Below, one piece after another: positions 28,968 to 38,839 of a stretch of 64,000 nucleotides of DNA (position 1 is the first letter of the stretch; every line of letters begins with the position of its first letter). The position numbers and the translations under genes were made by a program. The notes below the pieces were generated by a model, which saw only the letters and a list, made by a program, of their open reading frames with translations, was not told the DNA's origin and ran no database searches. The DNA is from an uncultured Gemmatimonadaceae bacterium (GTDB taxonomy: Bacteria > Gemmatimonadota > Gemmatimonadetes > Gemmatimonadales > Gemmatimonadaceae): contig CAVUDW010000002.1 of the NCBI GenBank assembly GCA_963740355.1, positions 1,664,001 through 1,728,000 on the forward strand, given 5' to 3'.

Positions 28968-29045
28968 GTGGCTCTCTAACGAGGATTATACCGCCAGCCT
29001 CCCGATATCCCGAGGCTGTAGAACCGTTCTTCGCAGTATAGCACC
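28968..29045 (-). promoter_or_regulatory. attI-like core site with candidate cassette promoter elements
   Basis: Minus strand TGcTATACT (29035-29043), TATAAT (28985-28990), then core GTTAGAG (28974-28980) with no attC hairpin before it. Confidence 0.55.
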
Positions 29046-29136
29046 AAGAAATCCCCAACGCACCACCCGCCATTCTCGGTTTCTGCGCCGGCTTCTCCCG
29101 CAACCGCTCTGCAGAACCACACCCGAACGCGCCCCC

Positions 29137-29174
29137 AAACAAAAAGCCAGCCCCCGCGATTTGCGGAGACTGGC
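29137..29174 (-). terminator. Intrinsic terminator after lolA; marks the island boundary
   Basis: gccagtctccgc-aaatc-gcgggggctggc-tttttgttt. Confidence 0.85.
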
Positions 29175-29224
29175 CCGAACCCTCATCTGGCCCCAACGAA
29201 CCGGCAGCAGGGACCTCGACTCCC

Positions 29225-29914
29225 TCACATCCCCCGCGTCAACGCCGCCTGATCCACCACCGTGATCCCACGCGGCACCGCGAAGCTGAACGCGCCTGCC
29301 GCCATCGCCACACCACGAGTGATCGTGGTAAATGACAACGTCCGCACGAGCCCGGAATGCTCCGTCACCTCGAGCTGCTTCAACACGCCAGTCCCCGGCA
29401 CCACGGTCAGAACGGCCCGCGAAAACCCAACCTCGCTCTTCGGCACCAACACCAGCTTCCGCAGGGCAACACCACCCACGGTCACGGCCCCACCGTCCGT
29501 CACGACAAACTTCCGCGAAGGCGAAGTAAAGAACTGCCCCACAAGGTCAACACCCCCCGGAGCTCCGGCACCAACCGGCATCTTCAATACCTGCCCCGGC
29601 GTCGCACTCGGCACGAACACCCACAGCGTCTTCCCATCGGAAACGATCCGATCCCCCGCCGGCTGCGAAAAGTTCACCGAAAACACCCCAGGCCCGCGCT
29701 GTAAATAGCTGCCTGCCGAGGGTGTTTCAGTAGACGTTATCGGATTCTTCACCCGCTGCGTGAACTCCGCCCGCAAGCCGCGCGACCCGGTATACAACGC
29801 CGCCGTGCGTTCCAGCAAAGCCGAAGCAGACGGCGCGCGCGTCGCAGGCCGAGCCTGCGCCGTCAGCAGCGCAGGGACCAGCAGGGCAGCAGCAGCCAAT
29901 CGATGATATTTCAC
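29225..29914 (-). CDS. lolA: Outer-membrane lipoprotein carrier protein
   Basis: LRAEFTQ...QRGPG.F...IVSDGKTLWVF...F.FAVPRG; RBS aaggagg before GTG 29914. Confidence 0.85.
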   Translation of the reverse strand: MKYHRLAAAALLVPALLTAQARPATRAPSASALLERTAALYTGSRGLRAEFTQRVKNPITSTETPSAGSYLQRGPGVFSVNFSQPAGDRIVSDGKTLWVFVPSATPGQVLKMPVGAGAPGGVDLVGQFFTSPSRKFVVTDGGAVTVGGVALRKLVLVPKSEVGFSRAVLTVVPGTGVLKQLEVTEHSGLVRTLSFTTITRGVAMAAGAFSFAVPRGITVVDQAALTRGM

Positions 29915-29969
29915 GCTTACCTCCTTACGCAGAATTACAGCAGAGCTTCCTCGAGATGTGGTACCCCCC

Positions 29970-31010
29970 TCAAGCAACTGCCGTTCCTGCGCCCATGATC
30001 GAGCGACCCACCGCCTCAGCAATTGGGATCAGGCTCCGCACCATCTCCTCGAACTGCGGCGGATGCAGGCTCTGCGCACCATCGCTCCACGCCTTGTCCG
30101 GCTGCTGGTGCACTTCGACGATCACACCATCAGCGCCCACGGCCACCGTCGCACGCGCCAGCGGCGGCACGGCATCACGAATGCCGACGCCATGGCTCGG
30201 GTCACCGATGATCGGCAGGTGCGACAACTTCTGGATCACGGGAATGGCCGCGAGATCGTACACGTTGCGTGTGGCAGTGTCGTAGCTGCGAATGCCGCGC
30301 TCGCACAAGATCACCTTGCGGTTGCCTTCCGACATGATGTACTCGGCCGCCAGCAACCACTCGGTGATCGTGGCAGACATGCCGCGCTTGAGCAGGATCG
30401 GCACGTTCAACTTTCCGAGATGCTTGAGCAGCGAGAAGTTCATCATGTTGCGCGCGCCAAGCTGGATGCAGTCGGCGTACTTGGCCACGAGATCAGCCTG
30501 GCGCTCGTCCATCGCCTCGGTGATGATGGGCATGCCGGTCTCGTTGCGCGCGAGTGCGAGCTGACGCAGGCCCTCCTCACCCAGTCCCTGGAATGCATAC
30601 GGCGATGTGCGCGGCTTGTAGGCGCCGCCGCGCAATGCGACAGCACCGGCGGCCTTCACGAGGTGCGCGATGTGGAGGATTTCCTTCTCGCCTTCGACGC
30701 TGCACGGGCCGGCGATGACGGGAACTTCCGTGCCACCGAACACGACACCGTTGCCGATCGATACCAATGACTTGTCGGGTTGCCACTCGCGCGAGACCTG
30801 CTTGTACGGCTTCGAGTCGTAGAGCACACTGGCCACGCCAGCCATGCCCTCGAAGTGCGACGTGTCCACCTGACCGTCGTCACCAGCCACGCCGATCGCG
30901 GTGCGCATCGCGCCCGGCATCGGCAGGGGATTGAAGCCCAGCAGCTTGATCGCATCACACACCGCTTCGATCTCTTGCGGCGTGGCATTCCGTTGCATCA
31001 TCACCAGCAT
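29970..31010 (-). CDS. aroF: DAHP synthase type I-beta with N-terminal regulatory domain
   Basis: IAGPCSVE, RGGAYKPRTSPY.FQG, GARNM, LLKRG, CERGIR, DPSH. Confidence 0.95.
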   Translation of the reverse strand: MLVMMQRNATPQEIEAVCDAIKLLGFNPLPMPGAMRTAIGVAGDDGQVDTSHFEGMAGVASVLYDSKPYKQVSREWQPDKSLVSIGNGVVFGGTEVPVIAGPCSVEGEKEILHIAHLVKAAGAVALRGGAYKPRTSPYAFQGLGEEGLRQLALARNETGMPIITEAMDERQADLVAKYADCIQLGARNMMNFSLLKHLGKLNVPILLKRGMSATITEWLLAAEYIMSEGNRKVILCERGIRSYDTATRNVYDLAAIPVIQKLSHLPIIGDPSHGVGIRDAVPPLARATVAVGADGVIVEVHQQPDKAWSDGAQSLHPPQFEEMVRSLIPIAEAVGRSIMGAGTAVA

Positions 31011-31021
31011 CGCGTACGTCC

Positions 31022-31780
31022 TCAGCAGTCGAGCACGAGGCCGTCCGTGGCAATCACGGTCGGCCCGGCCCAGCGCGCGCCAAGCTCGGCGCGCAGATCG
31101 ATCCCCTCAAGCGGGGGATACATATGGGTCACCACCAGCAGCCCAGGTGTCGCCGCCTCGGCCAGCGCCGCGGTCTGCGACGGGGTGAGATGGATCGACA
31201 CGGGCATCGAGTCGGGCAGGGAACACTCCGCCAGCAACAGGTCGCACCCCGCCGCCCACGGGCCGAGTGACGGGTCGTCACCGGTGTCCCCGGTATAGAC
31301 CAGCCGCTTGCCGCCGTGCGTGAGGGAATATGCCACGCTTTCGGGCGTATGTGGCACCGAACGGCTGCTGAGCGTCACGGACTCCGACAGGGCCACCGGA
31401 GTCTCGAGCATCGGCTCGATGACCTCCACGGGGAAGCCAGGGGCCTGCAACCAGTCTCCGAGTGCGGCGGCCCACCGCACGATCAGCTCCTTCGTCCCCG
31501 CCGGGCCGACAATCGTCAACGGCGCCGTCCTCGGCTCCAGCCGCGCATGACGCCAGGCGAAAATCAGCGTCGGCAGGTCACCTATGTGGTCGAGGTGGAA
31601 ATGGGTCAGCACGATGTGCGTCACCCCCCACCAATCCATCCCGTGCCGCGCCATCGTATGCGCCGCCCCGGGCCCACAGTCGAAGAGCACCTTCAGCTCC
31701 CCCACATCCACCAGATACGCCGCACACCCGCGCGTCGGCGACAGCGAAATCGTGCCGGAGCCAATCACCGAAAGTCGCAT
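31022..31780 (-). CDS. Ribonuclease Z-like metallo-beta-lactamase-fold hydrolase
   Basis: LFDCGPG, THFHLDH, YTGDTG, LLAEC, HLT, LVVTH. Confidence 0.85.
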   Translation of the reverse strand: MRLSVIGSGTISLSPTRGCAAYLVDVGELKVLFDCGPGAAHTMARHGMDWWGVTHIVLTHFHLDHIGDLPTLIFAWRHARLEPRTAPLTIVGPAGTKELIVRWAAALGDWLQAPGFPVEVIEPMLETPVALSESVTLSSRSVPHTPESVAYSLTHGGKRLVYTGDTGDDPSLGPWAAGCDLLLAECSLPDSMPVSIHLTPSQTAALAEAATPGLLVVTHMYPPLEGIDLRAELGARWAGPTVIATDGLVLDC

Positions 31781-31805
31781 TTGCGGGATGCTCGTTAAAA
31801 GGAGA

Positions 31806-31884
31806 GGAGTCCGAGCCGTTCAGCGAGTCTGTCCCCTTGAACATTCAAGGACTCTGACCCCATGACCCCCCATGAACCGGTCCC
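31806..31884. repeat. Degenerate REP-like cluster, family C (GGGGWCAG-ended)
   Basis: gagtctgtcccc, aaggactctgacccc, atgacccc, ccggtcccc in one orientation; degenerate opposite arm ggagtccgagccgtt at 31806. Confidence 0.55.
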
Positions 31885-31926
31885 CAAGAAACAAACGCTC
31901 GCGTCACGACCAACGCTGCTGCGGTC

Positions 31927-32051
31927 GCACTCCGTGAGCTCCGTGCGCTCCCCCTCATTGCAGTTCCTTCACGCGCGATCGCGAAAGACAGCTGCATCGC
32001 GCACCATCGCAAACGGCAAATGGGTGGGAGGCCACGGAGCTCACGGAGTGC
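31927..32051. repeat. REPIN/MITE-like element, family D, copy 1
   Basis: Perfect 19-bp inverted repeats gcactccgtgagctccgtg at 31927-31945 and 32033-32051. Confidence 0.9.
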
Positions 32052-32122
32052 TCCAATAGCAAGCTTGGCCTCTTCCCCAGCGACAGTGCTGGAAGAAGGG
32101 AACTGCAACTGCTGGAGACGAG

Positions 32123-35100
32123 CTACGCTGCCGCTTCCACGGTCTCCGAGGCGGCGTCGGACGGGATGGAGAGGAGGTTGCCGTCGGAGGGGCCCGGCGT
32201 GACTGGATCAGGATCGACGCCGCCATTCGGGCCGCCACTATCGCCGCCATTCCGGTTGCGCAGGCGCACGCTCACCAGAGAGCTCACGCCGGGCTCCTGC
32301 ATCGTCACACCGTACACGGCATCGGCCGCTTCGGTGGTGGTGCGGGGGTTGTGCGTGATCACGATGAACTGGGTCCGCTCCTTGAACTCGTTCAGCATCT
32401 TCACGTAACGACCCACGTTCTGGTCGTCGAGTGGTGCGTCGACTTCGTCGAGGAGACAGAACGGGCTCGGACGGGTGAGGAAGATGCCGAACAGCAGCGA
32501 CAACGCCACCAGCGCCCGTTCACCGCTCGAGAGCAGGTGGATGCGCTGCGTCTTCTTGCCGCGCGGGCTGGCGTGGATCTCGATGTCGCAATCGAGCGGC
32601 TGGTCGGGATTCTCCAGGCGCAGGTCGCACTCGCCACCACCGAACAACGTCTGGAAGATCTGCTTGAAGTTGTCGCGCACCTTGGCGAACGTCGCAAGGA
32701 ACAACTCGCGCGCCGTAGCATCGATCTCCTTGATCGCCTGCAACAGCGACAGCTTCGCTTCCGCAAGGTCATTGCGCTGCGCTGCCAGGAAGTCGAGCCG
32801 CTTCACCTCTTCCTCGTGTTCTTCCACCGCCAGCGGGTTCACTGGCCCAAGCTGATCCAACTGCTGACGCAACAATTCGTTCTCACTGCGCAACGCGTCG
32901 GCATCCAGGTCGAGCGGCTCGAAGCCTTCCAGCAACTCGGCGATCGGCTTCCGCCACTCGGTCTCGAGGCGCTCGCGAATATTCTGGCGACGCGCTTCCA
33001 GCTGCGTGTGACGCAACTCAGTCTGGTGCAGCTCTTCCGCCATCTGCACCGCCTGGCGACGCACCAGTTCCAGTGCTTCGTCCCCAGTGCGCAACGACAT
33101 GTCGGCGGCACGCAGTCCTTCCTCGGCTTCCATCAGGCGCGTGTCGAGTTCCGACAACGCCAACTGACGTTCCTCGAGCTGCACCGTCAACGTCGCGATC
33201 TGCTCAGCCAAGGCAGAATCTGCATTCGCCAGCTGCATCAACTCGTTGCGCAGCGTCTCGAGACGAGCCGTCGCCGTGGCCTGTTCCTGCAGCAGGCGTG
33301 ACGCACGATCCTGTGCGACCTGCACGCGGGCCTGTGCCTGCGCCTGCGACACCTGCGCGATGGTGCGGCCTTCGCGCGCTTCTTCCAGCATCTCGTCGGC
33401 ACCAACGAGGCGCTGACGGGTGCTGGTGATCACCGCTTCGTAGCCAGCCAACCCCGCGCGCAGCTCTTCCGCCTTGGCATCATCGTCCGCCGCACGCGCC
33501 TGCAGCGATGCCTTCCGCTCACCGAGCTTCTCGGCCAGCTGCTGGGCATCGGCCTGCTCACGACGAGCGCGGGCACTGCGACGCTCGACTTCAGCGCGCG
33601 CCTCTTCGGCACGACGCACTTCACCCTGCGCCTGCGTCGCGGCATCGGCCGCAGCCATCACCGCCTGCTCGGCCGCGGCCAGCGTGGCACTGACCGTGGT
33701 CGCCTCGAGCGCGATGCGTTCTCGCTCTGCCACCAGCCCTTCGAGATCGTCGCGGAGCATCGCCAGTTCAGCACGACGCTGGATCGGGCCCTGCGCCGAC
33801 TCACCACCCGGCAGGTAGATCGCACCACGTGAATCAATGAAGCCGCTGCCACCATCGAGCTGCGTCACCTGGCCGAGCAGTGCCTTCACCCAGCGCTGTG
33901 CCGGCTCGGTGGAGCGCACACGTGATGCAAGTGCTTCGTCCGAGACTGCCGCGTCGTTCACCGCATCGAGCGGGAGCAGCAACACGGGGCCTGGCTTCGC
34001 GTTGGCATGCCATGCTGCCACTGCGCTGGCTGCTTCACGGTCGCGCACCACGACGGCATGCACGGTCGCGCCGAGATACCGCTCGACGAGAATCGCCGCA
34101 TCGCTGTCCGCCGAGAGGAAGTCGGAGAGCGGGCCGAGCACGGCGCCTGCGCCGAACTTCTCGCGCTCGCGCAGTACCGATGCCGCACCCGGTGCAAGAC
34201 CGACACGATCGCGATCGAGTGCCTCGAGACCGTGGATGCGACCCTGCAGCGACGTGCGCTGACGATCGTTGTCACCCAGGCGCGTGCGAACGTCCGCTTC
34301 CGCGGTGCGGGCTGTCTGCGCGGCGAGGCGTGCGCCTTCGAGTGCAGTCTGTGCACGCGAGACCTCCACGCGCCCGATCTCGACTGCTTCTTCGGCAGCT
34401 GCGCTGTCGCGTGCCACTGAGGCCAGTGCATCAGCCAGCGTCTCGATCTCGGCGCCGAGTGCCGATTCACGAGCCAGCACTTCGGCCAGTTCACGCTCGG
34501 TCCCTTCGCGATCGAGTTCCAGTCGGCGCACCTGGTCGCGCGCATCACGCAGCGTCTTCTCGGCGGCTTCCACCTGCTGGCGCGCCATCGACACACTGCG
34601 ACGTGCTTCTTCTTCCGCGCCGGCACGCTCGGTCAACAGCTCGACCGCTGCAGCCAGTTCGGTCTGGAGGCGGAGACGCTCGGTCTCCGCATCCTCACGT
34701 TCGGCCACCACGCGCTGCCCGAGGGCCTCGCCATCCTGCAGTTCCGTGTCAGCGCGTTCACGACGCGACATTGCATTACGCTGGCGCTCTTCAGCCACGC
34801 GCAACTCACGCTCCACCTGGTTCGCCTGCTCGCGCTGCGCCTGTGCCATGCGTGCCAACTCGGCCCGCATCGCTTCGGCAGCGGCGCGTGCACGCTGTGC
34901 GGCTTCGCGATCACGCGCTGCGGTTTCAGCCTGCTCGGCAGCGGCGGGAACGGCGTCACGCAGTTCCTCGAGTCGCGCCTGCAACTGCGTCAGTTCATCG
35001 GCCCAGCTTTCCAGTTCGCGCGCGGCCAGCGTCACATCAACGGAGAACCGGCGCGACGTCAGTTCGACGTTGCGCTCCGCCTTCTTGCGCTGACGTGAAA

Positions 35101-35713
35101 GGGAACGCACCTGGCTCTGGACTTCCTCGATCAGGTCATCGAGGCGCGAGAGATCGACCGTCGTTTCTTCGAGGCGACGCTCCGTGCTGCGACGACGATC
35201 ACGATAGAGGCCGACACCTGCGGCTTCCTCGAACAGTTCGCGACGATCATCGGGACGATCGCTGAGCAACGCGTCGATCATCTTCGCTTCGATCACGACA
35301 CCGGTATCGGCGCCGAGACCGGTGCCACGCACCAGGTCGTGAATGTCGCGCAGACGGCAGGGGGTGCGATTGAGGAAGTAGTCGCTTTCACCCGAGCGCG
35401 AGAGGCGACGGGTGATCACCACTTCCTTGAACGCCACCGGCAACACGCCGTCGGTGTTATCGAAATGCAGCGACACTTCTGCCACGTTCACGGCACGGCG
35501 CGCCGACGAACCCTGGAAGATGACCTCTTCCATCTTTGCGCCACGCAGCATGCGCGCGCGCTGTTCGCCCAGCACCCAGCGCACGGCGTCCGAGACGTTC
35601 GATTTGCCGCAGCCGTTGGGACCGACAATCATCGTCGCCCCCGGCTCGAACAGCATCTCTGTATGGTCCGCGAACGACTTGAAGCCGTGCAGCGTCAACT
35701 TCGTGAGTCTCAC
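32123..35713 (-). CDS. smc: Chromosome segregation protein SMC
   Basis: GFKSF, GPNGCGKSN, coiled coils, hinge, LSSGE, LLDEVDAPLD, ITH. Confidence 0.97.
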   Translation of the reverse strand: MRLTKLTLHGFKSFADHTEMLFEPGATMIVGPNGCGKSNVSDAVRWVLGEQRARMLRGAKMEEVIFQGSSARRAVNVAEVSLHFDNTDGVLPVAFKEVVITRRLSRSGESDYFLNRTPCRLRDIHDLVRGTGLGADTGVVIEAKMIDALLSDRPDDRRELFEEAAGVGLYRDRRRSTERRLEETTVDLSRLDDLIEEVQSQVRSLSRQRKKAERNVELTSRRFSVDVTLAARELESWADELTQLQARLEELRDAVPAAAEQAETAARDREAAQRARAAAEAMRAELARMAQAQREQANQVERELRVAEERQRNAMSRRERADTELQDGEALGQRVVAEREDAETERLRLQTELAAAVELLTERAGAEEEARRSVSMARQQVEAAEKTLRDARDQVRRLELDREGTERELAEVLARESALGAEIETLADALASVARDSAAAEEAVEIGRVEVSRAQTALEGARLAAQTARTAEADVRTRLGDNDRQRTSLQGRIHGLEALDRDRVGLAPGAASVLREREKFGAGAVLGPLSDFLSADSDAAILVERYLGATVHAVVVRDREAASAVAAWHANAKPGPVLLLPLDAVNDAAVSDEALASRVRSTEPAQRWVKALLGQVTQLDGGSGFIDSRGAIYLPGGESAQGPIQRRAELAMLRDDLEGLVAERERIALEATTVSATLAAAEQAVMAAADAATQAQGEVRRAEEARAEVERRSARARREQADAQQLAEKLGERKASLQARAADDDAKAEELRAGLAGYEAVITSTRQRLVGADEMLEEAREGRTIAQVSQAQAQARVQVAQDRASRLLQEQATATARLETLRNELMQLANADSALAEQIATLTVQLEERQLALSELDTRLMEAEEGLRAADMSLRTGDEALELVRRQAVQMAEELHQTELRHTQLEARRQNIRERLETEWRKPIAELLEGFEPLDLDADALRSENELLRQQLDQLGPVNPLAVEEHEEEVKRLDFLAAQRNDLAEAKLSLLQAIKEIDATARELFLATFAKVRDNFKQIFQTLFGGGECDLRLENPDQPLDCDIEIHASPRGKKTQRIHLLSSGERALVALSLLFGIFLTRPSPFCLLDEVDAPLDDQNVGRYVKMLNEFKERTQFIVITHNPRTTTEAADAVYGVTMQEPGVSSLVSVRLRNRNGGDSGGPNGGVDPDPVTPGPSDGNLLSIPSDAASETVEAAA

Positions 35714-37126
35714 CTAGAAACTTCTCCCCGTCCGGTAGTAGAGCGTCGATGGGACGCCCTTTGACTTCAGCTCATTCATCAGCGGGATCGCCTGTTCAGG
35801 CGACTCGAACGCGCCGACGAAGATCGTCGCGCTGCCATCGGGCTGCAGCAGCGGATAGGCGGCGATCTGGCGCTGTCCGTAGCCGTCGGCCACGTTCTGC
35901 GCCGCGCGTCGCGAGACCTTGCTTTCCAGCACCAGCGCAAACGGCGTGGCGACCACGCGCCCTGCATCGGCCTTCAGCTTGCCGGTGCTCCGCAATGCTG
36001 CGAGGAGCGAATCGGCCTGACGGGCCTTCGCGAACGCGCCGGCCTGCATCTGGAAGAAACGGCCACGTTCACCGCGAATGCGTACCATCGTGACCGTGCC
36101 CGCAGGCAGCTTCAGGCCGAGATCTGCCCAACGTGCCAGCGCCTGCGCTTCGTCATTGGTCGCCACGATCACGACGCCGAATGCAGCCGCCTTGAGCGAG
36201 TCCTGCGGATTGGCGATTCGTGTCGCCGTCAGTGAATCGACCGCCCGCGCGTTGGGCGACGACGTGTCGCCACCACCAACCGCGCTCGTGTCTTCAACGT
36301 TCACGGCCGACGTCGTCGTCGGCTTGGTGACCGACGAATTCGACGAGGACATGCCGGGACGACCGAGCACGAACCAGAGCGCCACCAGCGCCAGCACCAC
36401 ACCGCCGGCAATGAGCGCCTTCTTCTGCACCGTGCTTTCCGGGAACGGCGTCATCACGCGCTTCTCGACCACGTCCTGCGCCGGCAGCATGACCGGTGAT
36501 GGCTTCTGCGTGACCTGTGGAGCGCGTTCGGTGAGCACATCCGGCACGCCAACGCCGGATGGTGTCGTCAAGACAGGGGCCGGCGCGTCGACATGGGCGA
36601 GCACGGAATTGCGCGGCACGGATAGCACCGATGCAGCGTCGCCAACCACCACCACGCCGTCGAGCATCGAGGCGAGTTCGTGCACCCCTTCGGTGTCGCT
36701 GGTGGCGACGAGGATCAGCAGGGCACCAACTTCGCGGAAACCAGCACCGAGGCGGCGCCAGCGTTCGTTGCGCATGATGTCGGGCGTCACCACCGGCTCG
36801 GTGCCACTTGGCATCACGAACAGCATGCCCGACTCGTCGACCTGGCGCGCGATCTTGTTCAGCGAGACGCCGTAGAGGAAGCTGTCGACGATACCGTGCG
36901 GATCATCGCCGGTGACCAGGCGCTGCAAGGGCTCGACTTCGCCGATCAGGTCACCGATGGCCACACGACGCACACGCGACTGCGCGCGGCCGATACCGAT
37001 CGCGGCGCGAGCTGCGGCGATCGGATCCTTGCCCGTGACGAGGATGGCATGCGCACCTTCCACGGCGGCGGATGATTCCGCACCGAGTGCCTCCCAGTCG
37101 AGCCCAAGCGTGGCGCCTGCTGCCAT
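35714..37126 (-). CDS. Membrane protein: degenerate MinD/BY-kinase-like N domain, TM, SPOR-like C domains
   Basis: One TM; MQAGAF..ARQA and IFVGAFESPEQA SPOR-like motifs. Confidence 0.7.
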   Translation of the reverse strand: MAAGATLGLDWEALGAESSAAVEGAHAILVTGKDPIAAARAAIGIGRAQSRVRRVAIGDLIGEVEPLQRLVTGDDPHGIVDSFLYGVSLNKIARQVDESGMLFVMPSGTEPVVTPDIMRNERWRRLGAGFREVGALLILVATSDTEGVHELASMLDGVVVVGDAASVLSVPRNSVLAHVDAPAPVLTTPSGVGVPDVLTERAPQVTQKPSPVMLPAQDVVEKRVMTPFPESTVQKKALIAGGVVLALVALWFVLGRPGMSSSNSSVTKPTTTSAVNVEDTSAVGGGDTSSPNARAVDSLTATRIANPQDSLKAAAFGVVIVATNDEAQALARWADLGLKLPAGTVTMVRIRGERGRFFQMQAGAFAKARQADSLLAALRSTGKLKADAGRVVATPFALVLESKVSRRAAQNVADGYGQRQIAAYPLLQPDGSATIFVGAFESPEQAIPLMNELKSKGVPSTLYYRTGRSF

Positions 37127-38727
37127 CAGTTCGATCCCCCTTCAAAAACCCAGTAGTCACGGCCCGCGGCCTGCCCAGCACGTTCGGCATCCGAACGCGA
37201 CCGGAAAGGACCAAGAATAACCCGATAGAGGGCGATCCCGTTCGTCGTCGTCGTTACCACCCGCGCCTTTTCGCCATTCGCCTTGATGGCCGAGGCCAAC
37301 TGGCGAGCTGGACCTTCCGCCTTCAGGGCCGCGAACTGGACCACGAAGGTGCCACGTTCACCGAGGGGCGTCGTCGGCTCAGGGGCGGGGCGCTGGCGCG
37401 GCTGGGTGTCGGGCTTGGCCAGTGGTGCCTTGCGGGCGGTGTCCGCCTTGGCTCGGGCGCTGTCGGCAGTACGTACCAGGCGTCGCGCCGCAGTGTCGCG
37501 GCTGAGCCGACCGGAATCACGTCGCGCCACGGCCGAATCGCCGACCATTGCCGTGTCGCGCAGGCGACGCTGCGTGGTGTCGGCGGCGGCCGCCGTGGCC
37601 CGGATCGGATTGTCGCCCGCGCGGCGCCGGAAGCCATTCCACTGCACCACGGTCCAGATGTCCTTGGCGCCCCCCGGCACCACCGAGAGCGGACTGAACG
37701 CATCGGCCGAGAGCACCACCACATCGCCGCCACGCAACGTTCCCACTCGGCCGTCGGGGAAGACGAGAGGCAAGTCAGCGCGCCAGGGGGAGACGAAACG
37801 GCCCAGCACCTTGTCGGTGGCGATGCCGATGACCAGTACCGAGTCCGCCGTTCCACCATGCCGCACCAGCAGGTAACGGCCCAGCGGGTCCATGCGAAGG
37901 GCGCTGGCGTCGGTCGGGACCGGAATCTTGGCCACCACTTCATCGCCGTACTTGTTGATCACCTGCACGCGAGCTTCATCGTCGTCGCGGCCGAGCACGT
38001 ACACTCGGTCGCCGCTCGGCGACGAGGCGGTGGCGATGAGCGAGTCACCGAGACTGATCTTGCCGAGGATCTCCAAGTCGCGGGCCCGGACGCTGACCAA
38101 GCCACGCGGGCCGTCGCTCAGGTAATACCGGTCGCCGCCGGCGGCTGAGATCAGGCGTGCCTCGCCGTCCAGCACTGCGCTGTCCACCGCGGTCGTGGCT
38201 GGGGGCCGGAATCGGGTGAGGACGGTTTCCTTGCCGCGGCGCCCGATGAGAAGCACGCCGCCATCACGCAGCGGCTGCAACTGGCTGGGAGCGGGCTCGG
38301 TGCGAACCTGCCATGGCTTGGCTTCGTTGGCCGTGAGGCGCACCACTGCGCCGGCACTGGTGCCGAAGATTCCGGTGCCATCGAGGCTCACGCTCTCGCC
38401 GAGGGCGCTGGGAAGCACGCGCTCCACGAGGCCACTGCCGAGGGTCAATCGCCATGGCAGGCCGCCCGCATCGCTCAGCACCAGCGTGCCGTTGTCGATG
38501 CTGAAGGCGAGCGGGTGAATTTCCGCCGGCAGCGACGCCTTGCTGCTCCAGAGGAGCGTGTCGAGTGCCGGGTACCGATAGGCGCGCGCCGTGCCTCCCT
38601 GTGCGGGGACACGGAGCACGATGGCATCGGGGCCGAGGGGGGCGACAGAAGCGGCCGTCGCCCCGCGGTCATCGGCGGTGCTGCAGGCGGCCAGCACCAG
38701 GACGAGGGCGAGCAGGGGGGATCGCAC
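37126..38727 (-). CDS. Lipoprotein with beta-propeller and C-terminal SPOR domain
   Basis: Lipobox LAAC; FVVQFAAL...YRVILGPFRSRSDA. Confidence 0.85.
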   Translation of the reverse strand: MRSPLLALVLVLAACSTADDRGATAASVAPLGPDAIVLRVPAQGGTARAYRYPALDTLLWSSKASLPAEIHPLAFSIDNGTLVLSDAGGLPWRLTLGSGLVERVLPSALGESVSLDGTGIFGTSAGAVVRLTANEAKPWQVRTEPAPSQLQPLRDGGVLLIGRRGKETVLTRFRPPATTAVDSAVLDGEARLISAAGGDRYYLSDGPRGLVSVRARDLEILGKISLGDSLIATASSPSGDRVYVLGRDDDEARVQVINKYGDEVVAKIPVPTDASALRMDPLGRYLLVRHGGTADSVLVIGIATDKVLGRFVSPWRADLPLVFPDGRVGTLRGGDVVVLSADAFSPLSVVPGGAKDIWTVVQWNGFRRRAGDNPIRATAAAADTTQRRLRDTAMVGDSAVARRDSGRLSRDTAARRLVRTADSARAKADTARKAPLAKPDTQPRQRPAPEPTTPLGERGTFVVQFAALKAEGPARQLASAIKANGEKARVVTTTTNGIALYRVILGPFRSRSDAERAGQAAGRDYWVFEGGSN

Positions 38728-38776
38728 CCGGACAAGCTAGCCGTGACAGCGCGGGTACAAAACGCCTTGAAATAGC

Positions 38777-38805
38777 ACGGGCGCCCGCTTTTCGCGGGCG
38801 CCCGT
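38777..38805 (-). terminator. Hairpin, likely terminator after the Omp85 gene
   Basis: acgggcgcccgc-5 nt-gcgggcgcccgt; weak U-tract. Confidence 0.65.
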
Positions 38806-38839
38806 CGGATCGGTCAGGAACTGCTGACGCGGCTGGTGA

